Assembly: GCA_951406725.2 (NCBI GenBank)
Contig: OX597821.1
Location: 4,278,001-4,342,000 of the forward strand
Direction of reading: 5' to 3'
DNA: 64,000 nucleotides
Source of the DNA: Octopus vulgaris
Taxonomy: Eukaryota
Each line of letters opens with the position of its first letter. The stretch's first letter is position 1. The notes beneath the pieces are model-generated. The model did not search any database. It saw nothing but the letters and a program-made list of their open reading frames with translations, and was not told the origin of the DNA. Positions 15,073 to 28,438 of the stretch are shown here, piece by piece. The translations under genes were made by a program, and so were the position numbers.

Positions 15073-16000
15073 TGGAGATATATTTAATTTACTTTGAGTT
15101 TCAATTGTTTATATAAATTTGGAAGGTCTTCGGTTTTGGACGTAAATAGAACTAAACCCTTTTGAGTGCAATGGTGAGTATTGAACCGGAGTTATTTAAA
15201 ATAAAACTATTTTGCAGGCTTGCCAAATATATTTTCTGCTTATAAAAGGAGTGTATATGTATAATTAATTGTGAAAATATGTAAACAACCAGTGTTTGAT
15301 AGACTCATAAAGGCACGACGCGCAGTGTTAACTAAAAAAATATATACAACGCAGATTCGGAAACGCTGTTTCCCATCAAAATAGTCTCATCTTAGAAACT
15401 AGGACCAGATGAATATGTAGATTTTACCTATATCCAAAAATTATAGGATGCAATGTGGATCTAGAATGTAAGTAAACGTTGGTGGGTTATAAGACATACG
15501 AAATTAGATAATGGCGACTCAAATAAAATTATAATCTGAAATTATAATTGGCTTTCACTTCAAATATAAAAGAATAGCCTGAATAGGTATCCTTATGAAA
15601 ATAATCAGTTTTATAAAGATAATTGAAAAGGAAAGGAAAACCCAAACACCACTACCACCACCGAAAAGCACGCTCTCAGATATTATAATAATATCTACGG
15701 ACAGGGAAAATATGATAATCGTATTAAAACCATTACAAAAACTATTACGGAATATATAATGACATGCACTAAGAATTGAACCATACGCCTTGCAGCTAGA
15801 TTGAATAATTAGGGACGACTTTCTGATTACACTTTACAAACTGACAAAAAATTTGAGCAGGAAATAGATAGATGTACATATACGTAATTATTTATATACC
15901 TGTCTTTCTATCTACACATACGCATACACACACACTCACAATAAAACACACACATACACATATATATATGAATATATATATATATATATATGCATACATA

Positions 16001-16071
<71 letters not shown>

Positions 16072-16077
<6 letters not shown>

Positions 16078-16655
16078 ATATTGGAGGGTGGCCTGCTAGG
16101 TAGCCGGCCAGAATGCTAGAAGAAGATCATCAACGATCAAACTACCCGCAGTGAATTATTCACTGCAGCCCTTCGCTTCAGGAGTCTCTTAGCGCGCCAG
16201 AACCAAGACATTTGAAATTTTTTTCCCGACGTAATCAGTAAGACTAAGCACGTGTCTGTCTTGACACAGAGAGCTGGGGTTAGTCTTTCAGTTTGAATCT
16301 CGAGGACCGAATGTACTGATGAAGTCACGGACACTTGAATTATGCAAGTAATTCTTTTGTTAAGACCGAAACCGAGGTATACATTTAAGTCTGTTTTTTA
16401 TTTAATTTTTCATATGTCCTGCCCGCCAAAGTAGGTTCTGGTGTTCGCTGAATTCTTCCTCTAGAGAATTTCCTTGTAGTTTGATCGTTGATGATCTTCT
16501 TCTAGCATTCTGGCCGGCTACCTAGCAGGCCAGCCCTGCCAATATACACATATATTTGAATTTTCTCTCACTCCTCAGATTTTTTGAATGCTGGACTACT
16601 GGTTTTAAATTGATATTAAAATTAATATTAATTTATCTCCCTCAATATTTAAATA
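16072..16655 (+). mobile_element. HHR-bearing element with ~72-bp inverted repeat (16072-16144 / 16477-16549), Penelope-like pseudo-LTR type
   Basis: GGCCTGCTAGGTAGCCGGCCAGAATGCTAGAAGAAGATCATCAACGATCAAACTAC and its exact reverse complement; both ends in (TA)n. Confidence 0.7.
16310..16385 (+). ncRNA. Type I hammerhead ribozyme motif
   Basis: AAUGUA-CUGAUGA-AGUC...GACC-GAAA-CCGAGG-UA/UACAUU: perfect 6-bp stem I, canonical core, GUA cleavage triplet ending at 16379. Confidence 0.75.
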
Positions 16656-16669
16656 TATATATATATATA

Positions 16670-16895
16670 TATAAAATAATATGTACAATTACTCAATAGT
16701 CAAGATAAAACTCTGGGTTTCAGATGCCGAAGTGGAAATCCACAACACCATATCTTCGGTTATCTGGCCATCTGAAAAAACGCGTTTTTTCAGATGGCCA
16801 GATAACCGAAGATATGGTGTTGTGGATTTCCACTTCGGCATCTGAAACCCAGAGTTTTATCTTGACTATTGAGTAATTGTACATATTATTTTATA
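16670..16895. repeat. 226-bp perfect spacerless palindrome
   Basis: Centre AAAAAACGCGTTTTTT at 16775-16790; arms are reverse complements as read by eye. Confidence 0.9.
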
Positions 16896-16987
16896 GATAA
16901 ATTTCCTCTATTTACATAATATTGAGGTCTCTTTCTTTCTTTTGTTATCTTACCGTTTTTAACAATATATATATATATATATATATA

Positions 16988-18353
16988 CTAGTATTATGAC
17001 CTATCGTTGCCGGGTCATAGTGCTAGTGCATGTATATATGTGTATACATATGTGTACATATTACATGTACATCTATATATATGCATCTTCACATAAAATA
17101 CAAAATACAGTTATATCTTGATATCGCTAGTGATAACAATACTCAAAATATATAACAGACTGGAATTGTAGGCCCGTCTCTTGCAATTTCGATCAATTGT
17201 ATCTTGTCCTCCCTCTTGTATAGAAGTGTGGCTACAATCCAGCCTACCTCTACTTCTGGGGGTACATTTTTAATTTTTATCCGGGACGTCCTACGTCCCA
17301 GATATAAAGGTAAAAATAAAATATTTCCAGTTTGCAAGGTTCGAGTCGAGTACTCCCTTGCACGCTTGAACCTTGCTTCTATTGTGGCGACTTTACCGCC
17401 TCTGGTTAGATATCTTTCATAGTCGCACTAAGACACTTTTCGATGGTGCTTTCCTCCAGGTGTTCAAATCTTGTTTTTCTCTACAGTGTATACTTTAAAG
17501 ACAATAGTCTTTCCTTTAATTTAAATTTTTATTTAGTTGGGTGGTGTTATCCTAGATTCACCGTCTTTGTCGGTGATCAATCCGAAATAGGTTTGTACTT
17601 CTTCCATTTTAATTTTAATGAGTTCGCGCCCGCCGACGGCTGCAGCGAAATTCATTTTTGGACTTCCTTCTATCGAAGGTAATCTAACAAAAATGCTTCC
17701 GTGTAAACGGTGAAAATATTGTCGATTTCACCAAACAGGGACACAATTTAGTTTTTAAACAATAACCAAAGCTCTTTCTCCCAAAGGGGTACTGTTACAG
17801 TTTACAATTATTTAACAAATGCAACACAACAACGTTTCCCTTGCGAGGAACCAACAAACGTGATAACAATAGTTAAACAGTAATAATAATAACACCAAAA
17901 CTTACGGTGAATCAAAAAGTAGTATGCAGTTGATTTAATTTAATCTATTCCCATTCATGTGAAACCACTTATTCAAGTTCAAGTCATTGATGCAGATTTA
18001 TACCAATTGCTATTTTTACTTTTGTTATGTTACGATTAGTTTGATTTTAATTATTACTTACTACATATAATTCAATTGTTATCATTATCTCTAATTTTTA
18101 TCGTTAAAGTGATAGTATCTGGCATAAAATAGAGAAATGTTTTTGTTTCACTTTTAACACGTAATACTGAAATATTGGAGAAGATATGATATTGCTCTGA
18201 GCAAAATATAACACTCCGATGACACTCCCCGGACCTTAAGTAAGGCATGTGTAAAATTTGAATGAAATTGGTTGTGTAGTTCTCAAGTTTTAAGCAAAAC
18301 ACACAGACAGACAGACAGACAGACACACATTCTCAGTTTTATATATAGAGAGA
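16988..18353 (-). mobile_element. Non-autonomous Helitron
   Basis: Minus strand: A|TCTCTCTATATATAAAA 5' end followed by (TCTG)n; 3' hairpin TATGACC...GGTCATA then CTAG|T; A-T target site without TSD. Confidence 0.7.
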
Positions 18354-19226
18354 TGACAAACTTCTTACTAGCTAAATATGCTTGAGGCATATTCGAACCC
18401 GTAAAGCCATTCAATATATTTTGTCACACCGTATGTCTCTATGCTAACATATATACATATATATACTTGCATTGAGTTGTATGTAACATGTATATTGTGT
18501 TTAAGAATGTCTATCAGAACAAGTTTAAATTTTTTTAGTAAGTTATTTATGTCTAAATATTATATTCAACAAAGTTGTTATCACGTGTCTAATACGTCTC
18601 TAAAAACTAACTTTGTTAAATGAAATGAAAGGAATACGCTAATATAATAAAACAACATATAATAAAATTACAAAATTTATTTGTCGTCGTAAATATCTTT
18701 GAAGTTTTCAAATTATTTTTAGAGGTCAGTTGAAGGACATTAATAAAATACAGAAGAAGAAAGATATACTCGAACACGAATACAGAAACAAAATCACACA
18801 TAAAATTACAAAATTTATTTGTCGTCGTAAATATCTTTGTTTTCCACTTTTTTTAGAACCAGATTCCGTTTGCCACTTTAGAGCAATGTTACTTTTTTCC
18901 TACTTCATACTGAATCTAGTTGCGTATTTTGCTGATCTTAGCCTACACATTTCATAATCCTACATAATATATGATTGCACCATGGCGCAACAAACTGCTA
19001 AGACAAGATGAACACTAACGGGAATGTCGTCTTATACGACCAAGAATATAGGGCAAACCGTATATAGTGATCTCATATTTCACGTTAGACAATGTCCATG
19101 TACTATGCACTAAACCCGAAAGAGAGAGGGGGTATTTTGCGTAGGTGTGCACTTTCCATATGTACGCGACTTGTAGGTCCACAACATGGTAACTTATATA
19201 CATACATTTCATCATCATCATCATCA

Positions 19227-19315
<89 letters not shown>

Positions 19316-19318
<3 letters not shown>

Positions 19319-19528
19319 TGAGCTGGAAGAATCGTTATCACGTCGTGCAAGGTGCTTAGTAACATTTCGACCGTCTTGACGTTCTGAGTTCAAATCCCAC
19401 AGAGGCCGATAATGCCTCTCATCCCGACGGGGTCGATGCATTAAGTACCAGTTAAAACTGGGGTCGATATAATCAACTAGTCTCCTCCCTCCAAATGTCC
19501 ATCCTTGTGCCTTTAGTAGATAGTATTA

Positions 19529-19623
<95 letters not shown>

Positions 19624-19845
19624 TGAGCTGGAAGAATCGTTATCACGTCGTGCAAGGTGCTACGTGAAATAGCTATTAAGTAGAGATCTTAAAACTTCTG
19701 AGTTCAAATCCCACAGAGGCCGATAATGCCTCTCATCCCGACGGGGTCGATGCATTAAGTACCAGTTAAAACTGGGGTCGATATAATCAACTAGTCTCCT
19801 CCCTCCAAATGTCCGGCCTTGTGCCTTTAGTAGATAGTATTATTA
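19316..19845 (+). mobile_element. Two tandem family A SINE copies (19316-19530, 19621-19845) separated by (ATT)n
   Basis: Both start CAGTGAGCTGGAAGAATCGTTATCACGTCGTGC and share private variants; period 305 bp. Confidence 0.85.
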
Positions 19846-19898
19846 TGCTATCAATATGAGTTTTATTCTAACATATATGTATTATAGCTTTGAAGAAA

Positions 19899-19950
<52 letters not shown>

Positions 19951-20246
19951 TTAACAATTGAGGATAAAATCTTTAATAGAAATTATCAGTAGTCAGCGTG
20001 AAAAACCTCGTAAGAGAAAAAATCCGTAAATTCCTCCTCTTTGAAAATATTCATTTATATTATATTGAGGGTACTACTATTCGTAGATACTAACACGCTA
20101 AGAGGGACCAATGCGGTAAAAACTACTAAAAATAAACAAAATTTTACCGAATGCAAAACTTCAAAACACATCATTTTAAAAAAGAATTCAGTTACATACC
20201 ACATGTATGAAGTACATGTTACATACCACAGTATGAAGTATGAAAA

Positions 20247-20303
<57 letters not shown>

Positions 20304-20358
20304 ATACATATGTGTATATACACACCTACATACACACACACTCACACGCAAACACACA

Positions 20359-20421
<63 letters not shown>

Positions 20422-21036
20422 TATAAAGGTATCCATCTTAGCGTATTCGCATGAAAACACACCAAGATTCTTGCACTCACATACATATCTGTGTGGCAAT
20501 CAGTGTCAATCGATTTCTTGTTATATTATTGTCCTTCTTGTCTTCCGTAAACATAGCACTATAATTATCTCGTTTATGCCCTACAAACTTGATAGACCAG
20601 GTGGTGTTGACAAGTAAATACGTTATTAGCGCGTAGACAGCGGTGGAGACAGAATTACATTCCCTCGCTAGAAAAGAGAAAATAAAATGATGAAAAGCAC
20701 TGAAAAGCAAGCAAAGATACAAGAAACGGTTGACATTTGTGGCAATCACATTATTATCTGCAGGACAGCTTTCTCTATTTGTTCGTGATGCATTCAACAA
20801 GAAAGTAATGTACACAAACTTATCTGCTCACTTAAGCTGTTCTATCGATACTGGCTATAAAATCCCAGCAGTTTTCTTCAACCACTAGAGATTTCATTGC
20901 TTGGGCAACCTCAGACTCTCAACGTTTGGACGCCATCACATTAAAACATTGTCACCTCCAGCTGAGTAAAGTAAAGACAAGATTGTTAACTGCCATTTGT
21001 TCACGTGTAACTTTTTTCCTTCCGTTTACTTTATTA

Positions 21037-21109
<73 letters not shown>

Positions 21110-21244
21110 CATTATTATCGTTGTTATTATTATTATTATTATTACTTGCTCATATTCCTTCACACTTATACAAACCATTTATCAGCTCCATTCTTGTAGG
21201 TTTATTTATTTATTGCTTTAATTTATAGTCTTATTATTTACACA

Positions 21245-21640
21245 GACGCAGGCACGGTTATGTGGATAACACATTAGCTTTCTAAGTACGTAATTTTGGG
21301 TTCAATCACACTGTGTACCAACTGGTGTACACTATAATTTACTGAGTCCTAGATCACACGATGATTTGTGAGTGAAGGTGGCAAATGGAAGCTATGTGGA
21401 AGATCTTTGTGTATATATGTGTGTATATTTATATGTAGGCTTTTTTAAAATTTGTATTTGTTCCCCGACCGTTTGATAACCGGTGTTGGTTTGTTTAAGT
21501 TTCTGTAACTTAACGGCTCTGTAAGAAAAGAATCATAGAATAGGTACCAAACTTTAAGAAATAAGTACGGATTACTATTTCAAGGGCTGCTCCAGCATGG
21601 CTGTAGTCCCATAGCTGGGAAACAAAAGAAGCATAAAATG
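21245..21640 (+). mobile_element. Degenerate family C SINE
   Basis: GCAGGCACGGTTATGTGG head, CCGGTGTTGGTTTGTTTA and GCTCCAGCATGGCTG 3' blocks. Confidence 0.65.
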
Positions 21641-22278
21641 ATGTAGGATTGATACGTTTATCCTTTCTGTTATTTTGTTTTTCCTCTTTCTAAATACTTT
21701 TTTTTTTCATTTTCATTCTAGTACTTTATCACAAATACGTCAACCTAATATAGACAGAAGATGAAGCAGGCAATATCATCCACTGCTCGCGTCATGTCAG
21801 TGTTTGCTTACACATTCTAACGTATGTGAGCTGCAGTACATTCACTTACCAATATAACTGAGTTACACACAAATTAACAATGGTGCTTACATAGTTGTCT
21901 GTCAATGACATTGAGTGAGACGTGTCACTGGCAAAAATGCTTTCAAATACGTAACATTTTTTAATATATTTTTTTATATATATTCACGCATCCATACATT
22001 CATTTATTTGTTTATTTCTTTTGCTTCGCAGCGAAACACAGTGAGTTCAACTCACCACGCCAAGTAGAACCATCGACATGGAATTTGATTATTCTGTCGT
22101 CATATAAAATTGAATCTGTGCTATTGAGTAATATTATGTTGATGAAAGCGGTGTAGAAACCCAACAGAACATTCACAGAACAGATAAAAACCTTTAAATG
22201 TTGTTTCCAAGGATAGTAAAGCAGACAAAACACAATAAGGAAGCAGCTGTCTTTGGTTTGAAGATTTATCCTTAGTAA

Positions 22279-22490
22279 GGGCGGCGAGTGGGGAGAATCG
22301 TTAGCACCAAGGGCAAAATGCTTAGCGGCATTTCGTCCGTCTTCACGTTCTGTGTCAAATTCCGCCAAGGTTTTCTTTGCCCTTCATCATTTCGGAGGCG
22401 ATAAAATAAACGCCAGTTGAATACTGGGATCAATGTAATCGACTTACCCTCTACCTCGAAATTGCTGTATTTGTTTCAACTTTTGAAATC
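22279..22490 (+). mobile_element. Family A SINE
   Basis: GGCGGCGAG...GAATCGTTAGC...GCTTAGCGGCATTTCGTCCGTC...CAAATTCCGCC. Confidence 0.8.
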
Positions 22491-22593
22491 AATGTTCATA
22501 CTTACAGCAAATTATTCCAGAGTTAAAACATTTTTAGTAAGATACAAAATGCATCAGCCTATATATCAGCATAGAAAATACATCAGCATCAGC

Positions 22594-22900
<307 letters not shown>

Positions 22901-23806
22901 TAAACAAATACATAGATATTTAGTTAGATAGATAGAATTTGGAAATCCATTGCTCATTCTAGCGACGTAATGGAGCGTATAAAACTGATTACAGTTTCAT
23001 GAAACAACACAATACGAGAGGTAGAGAGCCAGAGAAAGGAGAGATTGAAAGAGAGATTGAGGCTGGGAGATAGAGAGGGAGGAAGAGAGATTGAGAGAGA
23101 GAGAGAGAAAGGGTGATACCATAACTTGGTTGGTAATCATACAAGCAGGGTACCTGGAGCTATATGAAATGAAGTTTCTTGTTGAAGGTAACAATGCTGC
23201 CGATTCTGTTCCAGAAATCGATCTTTAATAATCGTATATCCAACACCGTATACGACTGGCTACTCAGCATTCCGCTCATATAATGCAAATTAAATAAAAA
23301 ATAGTTTTCAAAAATGAACGTTAAATAAACAAATATTTCAATTTCATTTTTTTATGTTGCAATTCATGATTACATAAAAAGAAATGCAATGTATTCTGGG
23401 AATTTATTTTTCCATAATAGACACATATTTATTTTTCAACATCTCGTTAACAATCTCTGAAACATAATGCAGTATTATTGATGACGAAAGAAAAAAAACT
23501 GAAGTCATTTAACATAATAATGTGACTGCTTAACAAACATGAAGTTGTAAGAAAGGATTTTAATTGAAAAAATGTTGGTAAATGATACATTTTTTTTAAC
23601 AATGAAGAAAACTTTATAGAAATTTACACTGGCGTATTTAATGCTGGTTAATGTATAGCTTAGAGACTTCAATTACTGGATATAGTATATGTAGTATGAT
23701 GTATTGTGAAGCAATACGAAAGATATCTATACAAAGATACAGAGACAGGCACACTTAGAGGCAAACGCATATACATGTATGTATGTATATATATATATAT
23801 ATATAG

Positions 23807-23846
<40 letters not shown>

Positions 23847-23951
23847 ATATATGTCTATATATATATATATGTATATATGTATATATATATGTATATATGT
23901 CTATATATATGTATATATATATATATGTATATATGTATATATGTCTATATA

Positions 23952-24033
<82 letters not shown>

Positions 24034-24322
24034 GCGAGATAGACATATTCATGTATGTACGTTTGTACGTATATTTGTATGCATACATGCATGCATGTAT
24101 GTATATATGTATGTATGTATGCGTTAAGTAATATATGGAAGAATGCGAGTTCAGTATCATAATAAGCTATAACAATATATTTCGGTTGAAAGAGGCAGCT
24201 GCCACTCTAGCAGTTAGCCGAGCGTATAGTTTATTAAAGCGATGAACAACCGGTTCAATATACATACTTGCATACAAGTATTAACGTGTCATATATAAAT
24301 ACAGATTATAAACTTAGATACG

Positions 24323-24407
<85 letters not shown>

Positions 24408-24640
24408 GTATGTGTGCGTTTCTCTGTGTGTGTGTGTGTCTGTTTGTGTTTGTGTGTGTGTGTGTGCGTGTGTGTGTGTGTGTGTGTGCGTGTGTGTGTG
24501 TGTGTGTATTTATACAACAAGAAATAATATTTGTCCCCTTTCACAGAAAGAAAAAGGTTTATAGAACTGCGGAATTGCTCAAATATAAATGAGACGAAGA
24601 TAAATTTGATGTTTGTTCTATAACCGATGCCTTTATATAT

Positions 24641-25057
24641 ATACTCTTTTACTCTTTTACTTGTTTCAATCATGTGACTGCGGCCATGCTGGAGCACCAC
24701 CTTTAGTCGATCAAATCGACCCCGGGACTTATTCTTTGTAAGCCCAGTACTTATTCTTTCGGTCTCTTTTTGTCGAACCACTAAGTGATGGGTACGTAAA
24801 CACACCAGCATCTGTTGTCAAGCGATGGTGGGGGACAAACAGACACACAAACATGCACACACACACACATATATATATAAATATATACATATATACGACA
24901 GGCTTCTTTCAGTTTCCGTCTACCAAATCCACGCACAAGGCATTGGTTGGCCCGAGGCTATAGCATAAAACACTTGCCCAAGATGCCACGCAGTGGGACT
25001 GAACCCGGAACCATGTGATTGGTAAGCGAGCTACTTACCACACAGCCACTCCAGCGC

Positions 25058-25059
<2 letters not shown>
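24641..25059 (-). mobile_element. Full-length family C SINE
   Basis: Near-identical to 14654-15072; head GGCGCTGGAGTGGCTGTGTGGTAAG on the minus strand. Confidence 0.9.
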
Positions 25060-25150
<91 letters not shown>

Positions 25151-26010
25151 CAATGTATACATATATATATATATATATAGTGTGTGTGTATATGTGCAAT
25201 GTATATATATATATATATATACATTGCACATATACACACCTATTATTTATGTATCTATTTTTTACGTATATTTGAATGCGTTTTTGCGTTTGTATGTATG
25301 TTGTGTATACGTGCATGTGCCTATATGTTTTGACTACTATATTCACACATTTACGTAATAATATAATATTCAAATTTAGTTTAAAGGAATTATAATAGAC
25401 ATGAGAAATCTAATTGACAGGATGTCAAATACAAACGGAGCCAGCACATTAAGTTTACGATGGAGGCATAAAGAGAAACCAAAATGTTATTTAGTCTGTT
25501 TGGAATTTCAGAAATCCAGCGTATTTAATTTTTATAGACAGAGGTCATTTAGACAAAGGCTAATTGAAAGCGTATGCTAATTCTGCCCTGGCTTAGTTAA
25601 AATAGTTCTTCAATGTCATATAAGTTATATTTGCCATGTGCATTTCGGATTTACGCTATCATTTAAAAAGTCCATCTATCTTTCACACTTTGTATTTTGT
25701 TTATGTCTATATGCTATCGATTCTTTCTTCATAAATGAAAATGAGAGATATCTTTTTGATGATAGCTACCTCAAATTCGCGTGTGATGCGCTGTGTTCTT
25801 CAGTAAGAAGTTTCATTTCACGTTGCTCTGCGACCATTTCGGTATTTCTACATATCAAATACCGTGCACTAAACAACAGTGTTGATATGATTGAGGGATT
25901 TTACACATGCACAACATAAACATTTGTCCACCAAAATTATATGTCCCCAATAGGTTGGTCAGTATGATGGTTTGGAACAGTGAACTCTTGTTCACGTCGG
26001 GAGAGTCCAT

Positions 26011-26505
<495 letters not shown>

Positions 26506-26506
<1 letters not shown>

Positions 26507-27126
26507 TAAATCTCTGAACGAGGTATAAACAGTAACTGCACGACAATGTGAGGTATACTTGCCATCTCAATATGGTTAACCACTAAAGGTAGGTGTTACT
26601 GTAGCTTGTAGCCCCAGGCGAATATCGTCTCTAGTTGGCACACTTTCTGTACCCTTATGGTATTTGCAAAGGGAGGTCATCCTTCTCTCGTAAACCTAGG
26701 TGATACGCACGGACTGCAGTTTCTAGGTTTTGACCTGTCATCAGCGTACGACAATCACCGGTTTTCAATGAAAGGGGTCCCAATGCAAATACTTATATGG
26801 TTTTTCCAGTAACTTTTCGTCACTGATCTCGACAAAACTATATGCAAGCAATAATAAATCTCTGAACGTAGTATAAACAGTAACTGCAGGACAATGTAAG
26901 GTATACTTGCCATCTCAATATGGCTAACCACTAAGGGTGGGTGTTATTGTAGCTTGTAGCGTACGACAATCACCGGTTTTCGATGAAATGGGTCCCAATG
27001 CAAATACGTAAAGGCACAGAAAATGTGCCTAATGCCAGCTGGAGACGATGCTCTCCTGGGGCTACAAGCTACAGTAACACCCATACTTAGTGGTTTGCCA
27101 TATTGCGATGGCAAGTATACCTAACA
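26506..27126 (-). mobile_element. Retrozyme-like repeat: one full 348-bp unit, one internally deleted unit and an inverted segment
   Basis: TCTCTGAACG at 26511 and 26859; homologous to 51613-52188; contains an HHR. Confidence 0.75.
26699..26759 (-). ncRNA. Type I hammerhead ribozyme with canonical core
   Basis: GGUGAU-UGU-CGUACG-CUGAUGA-CAGG(UCAAAA)CCUA-GAAA-CUGCAG-UC/CGUGCG-U-AUCACC: two-part stem I, palindromic stem III, GUC site between 26712 and 26711. Confidence 0.85.
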
Positions 27127-27140
27127 TATATCTATCTATA

Positions 27141-27990
27141 TAATTTCAACAACATTAAGGAACGGCCCCGATAGGCCATTCGACCCACTAGAAAGAACAG
27201 CCAAGAATCAAACCGCTAAATAGTAGTAATTCAGAAATTAAAGGAAAATTAAAAAAACATTTACCCTATTTATCTTTAGACAATGATATTGTTTCGACGT
27301 ACTTCATGGCAAACCAGCCTAATTAAATCAAATTTAATTTAATCAAGTCAATCTACCAAAGGTAAAGAAGCCAGGAGGAAGGGCCGTTCCTCAATGTTTT
27401 TGAAATTATATACATAGTCTGTGACTATTTTCTCTTTCTCAATAGACCGCTGGTGGCGAAAAAATTTCTATTGAATTTTTTGCTACCCTTATATTGATTA
27501 ATTAATGATTTTCTGACTAATTCTGAAATTAAATCAGCAGTTTATATTTGCTGCTGATAAGTTGGCGCGATTACGGTGGTTTTGAAAATTTAGAGTATAT
27601 ATTCCCGAGGCACAAATGCTGCTGCCTCGTGTATATTTATTCCTCCTGGCTTCTTTACCGATGAGACGGGCCTTTGGTAGATTGACTTGATTAAATTAAA
27701 TTTAATTAATTTAATTAGGCTGGTTTGCCATAAAGTACGTCGAAACAATGCATTGTCTAAAGATAAATAGGGCAAATGTTTTTTAATTTTCCTTTGATTT
27801 CTGAATTACTACTATTTAGTGGTTTGAGTCTTGGCTACTCTTTCTAGTGGGTCGAATGGCCTATTGGGGCCGTTCCTTAATGTTGTTGAAATTATATACA
27901 TAGTCTGTGACTATTTTCTCTTTCTCACTAGACCGCTGGTGGCCAAAAAATGTCTATTGAATTTTTTGCTACCCTTATATTGATTAATTA
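27141..27990 (+). mobile_element. Penelope-like pseudo-LTR array (inverted piece, partial unit, full unit)
   Basis: 27141-27380 is the reverse complement of about 27640-27895; 27382-27506 repeats at 27867-27990; homologous to 47018-47640 and 49140-49610. Confidence 0.7.
27652..27763 (+). ncRNA. Type I hammerhead motif with U4C core and expanded stem II
   Basis: UCUUUA-CCGAUGA-GACG...CGUC-GAAA-CAAUGCAUUG-UC/UAAAGA: 6-bp stem I, 4-bp stem II base, 10-nt palindromic stem III. Confidence 0.75.
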
Positions 27991-28000
27991 TCTATCTATC

Positions 28001-28038
<38 letters not shown>

Positions 28039-28438
28039 AAGAGAGAGAAGGCAATAAGAAACTGGATGGGATCAATAGGTGGTTCACCAACTTTTAGACA
28101 TTATATTATGTTAACCAATTTATTTGTTTACAAGACTGACAATTACTGGTAAAAATATGTCTTTACCTTCACCCATTTAGTATAATAGGTAATGTAATTT
28201 CAATGCAATAAAAAACACTTGTGCATTAAGAATTGGGTGTTCTACCAGTAGTATATGGGATAGATATTATCCCTTAGTGGGATGGATTCACAACCTCTAA
28301 CTTTCTTGGGGTTATATATATATATTCATATATTTGTGTGCTGTGTAAATATGTGTGGGAGTGTTTGTTTGTGTGTGTGTGTGAGAGAGAGAGAGAGACA
28401 GACAAACAGGCAGACAGACACCGTTCAAAGATAAAAGT

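Noticed and set aside
18662-18839. 40-bp direct repeat with a ~100-bp spacer
   Set aside because: Only two copies, eukaryotic context and no cas genes; a local duplication, not CRISPR
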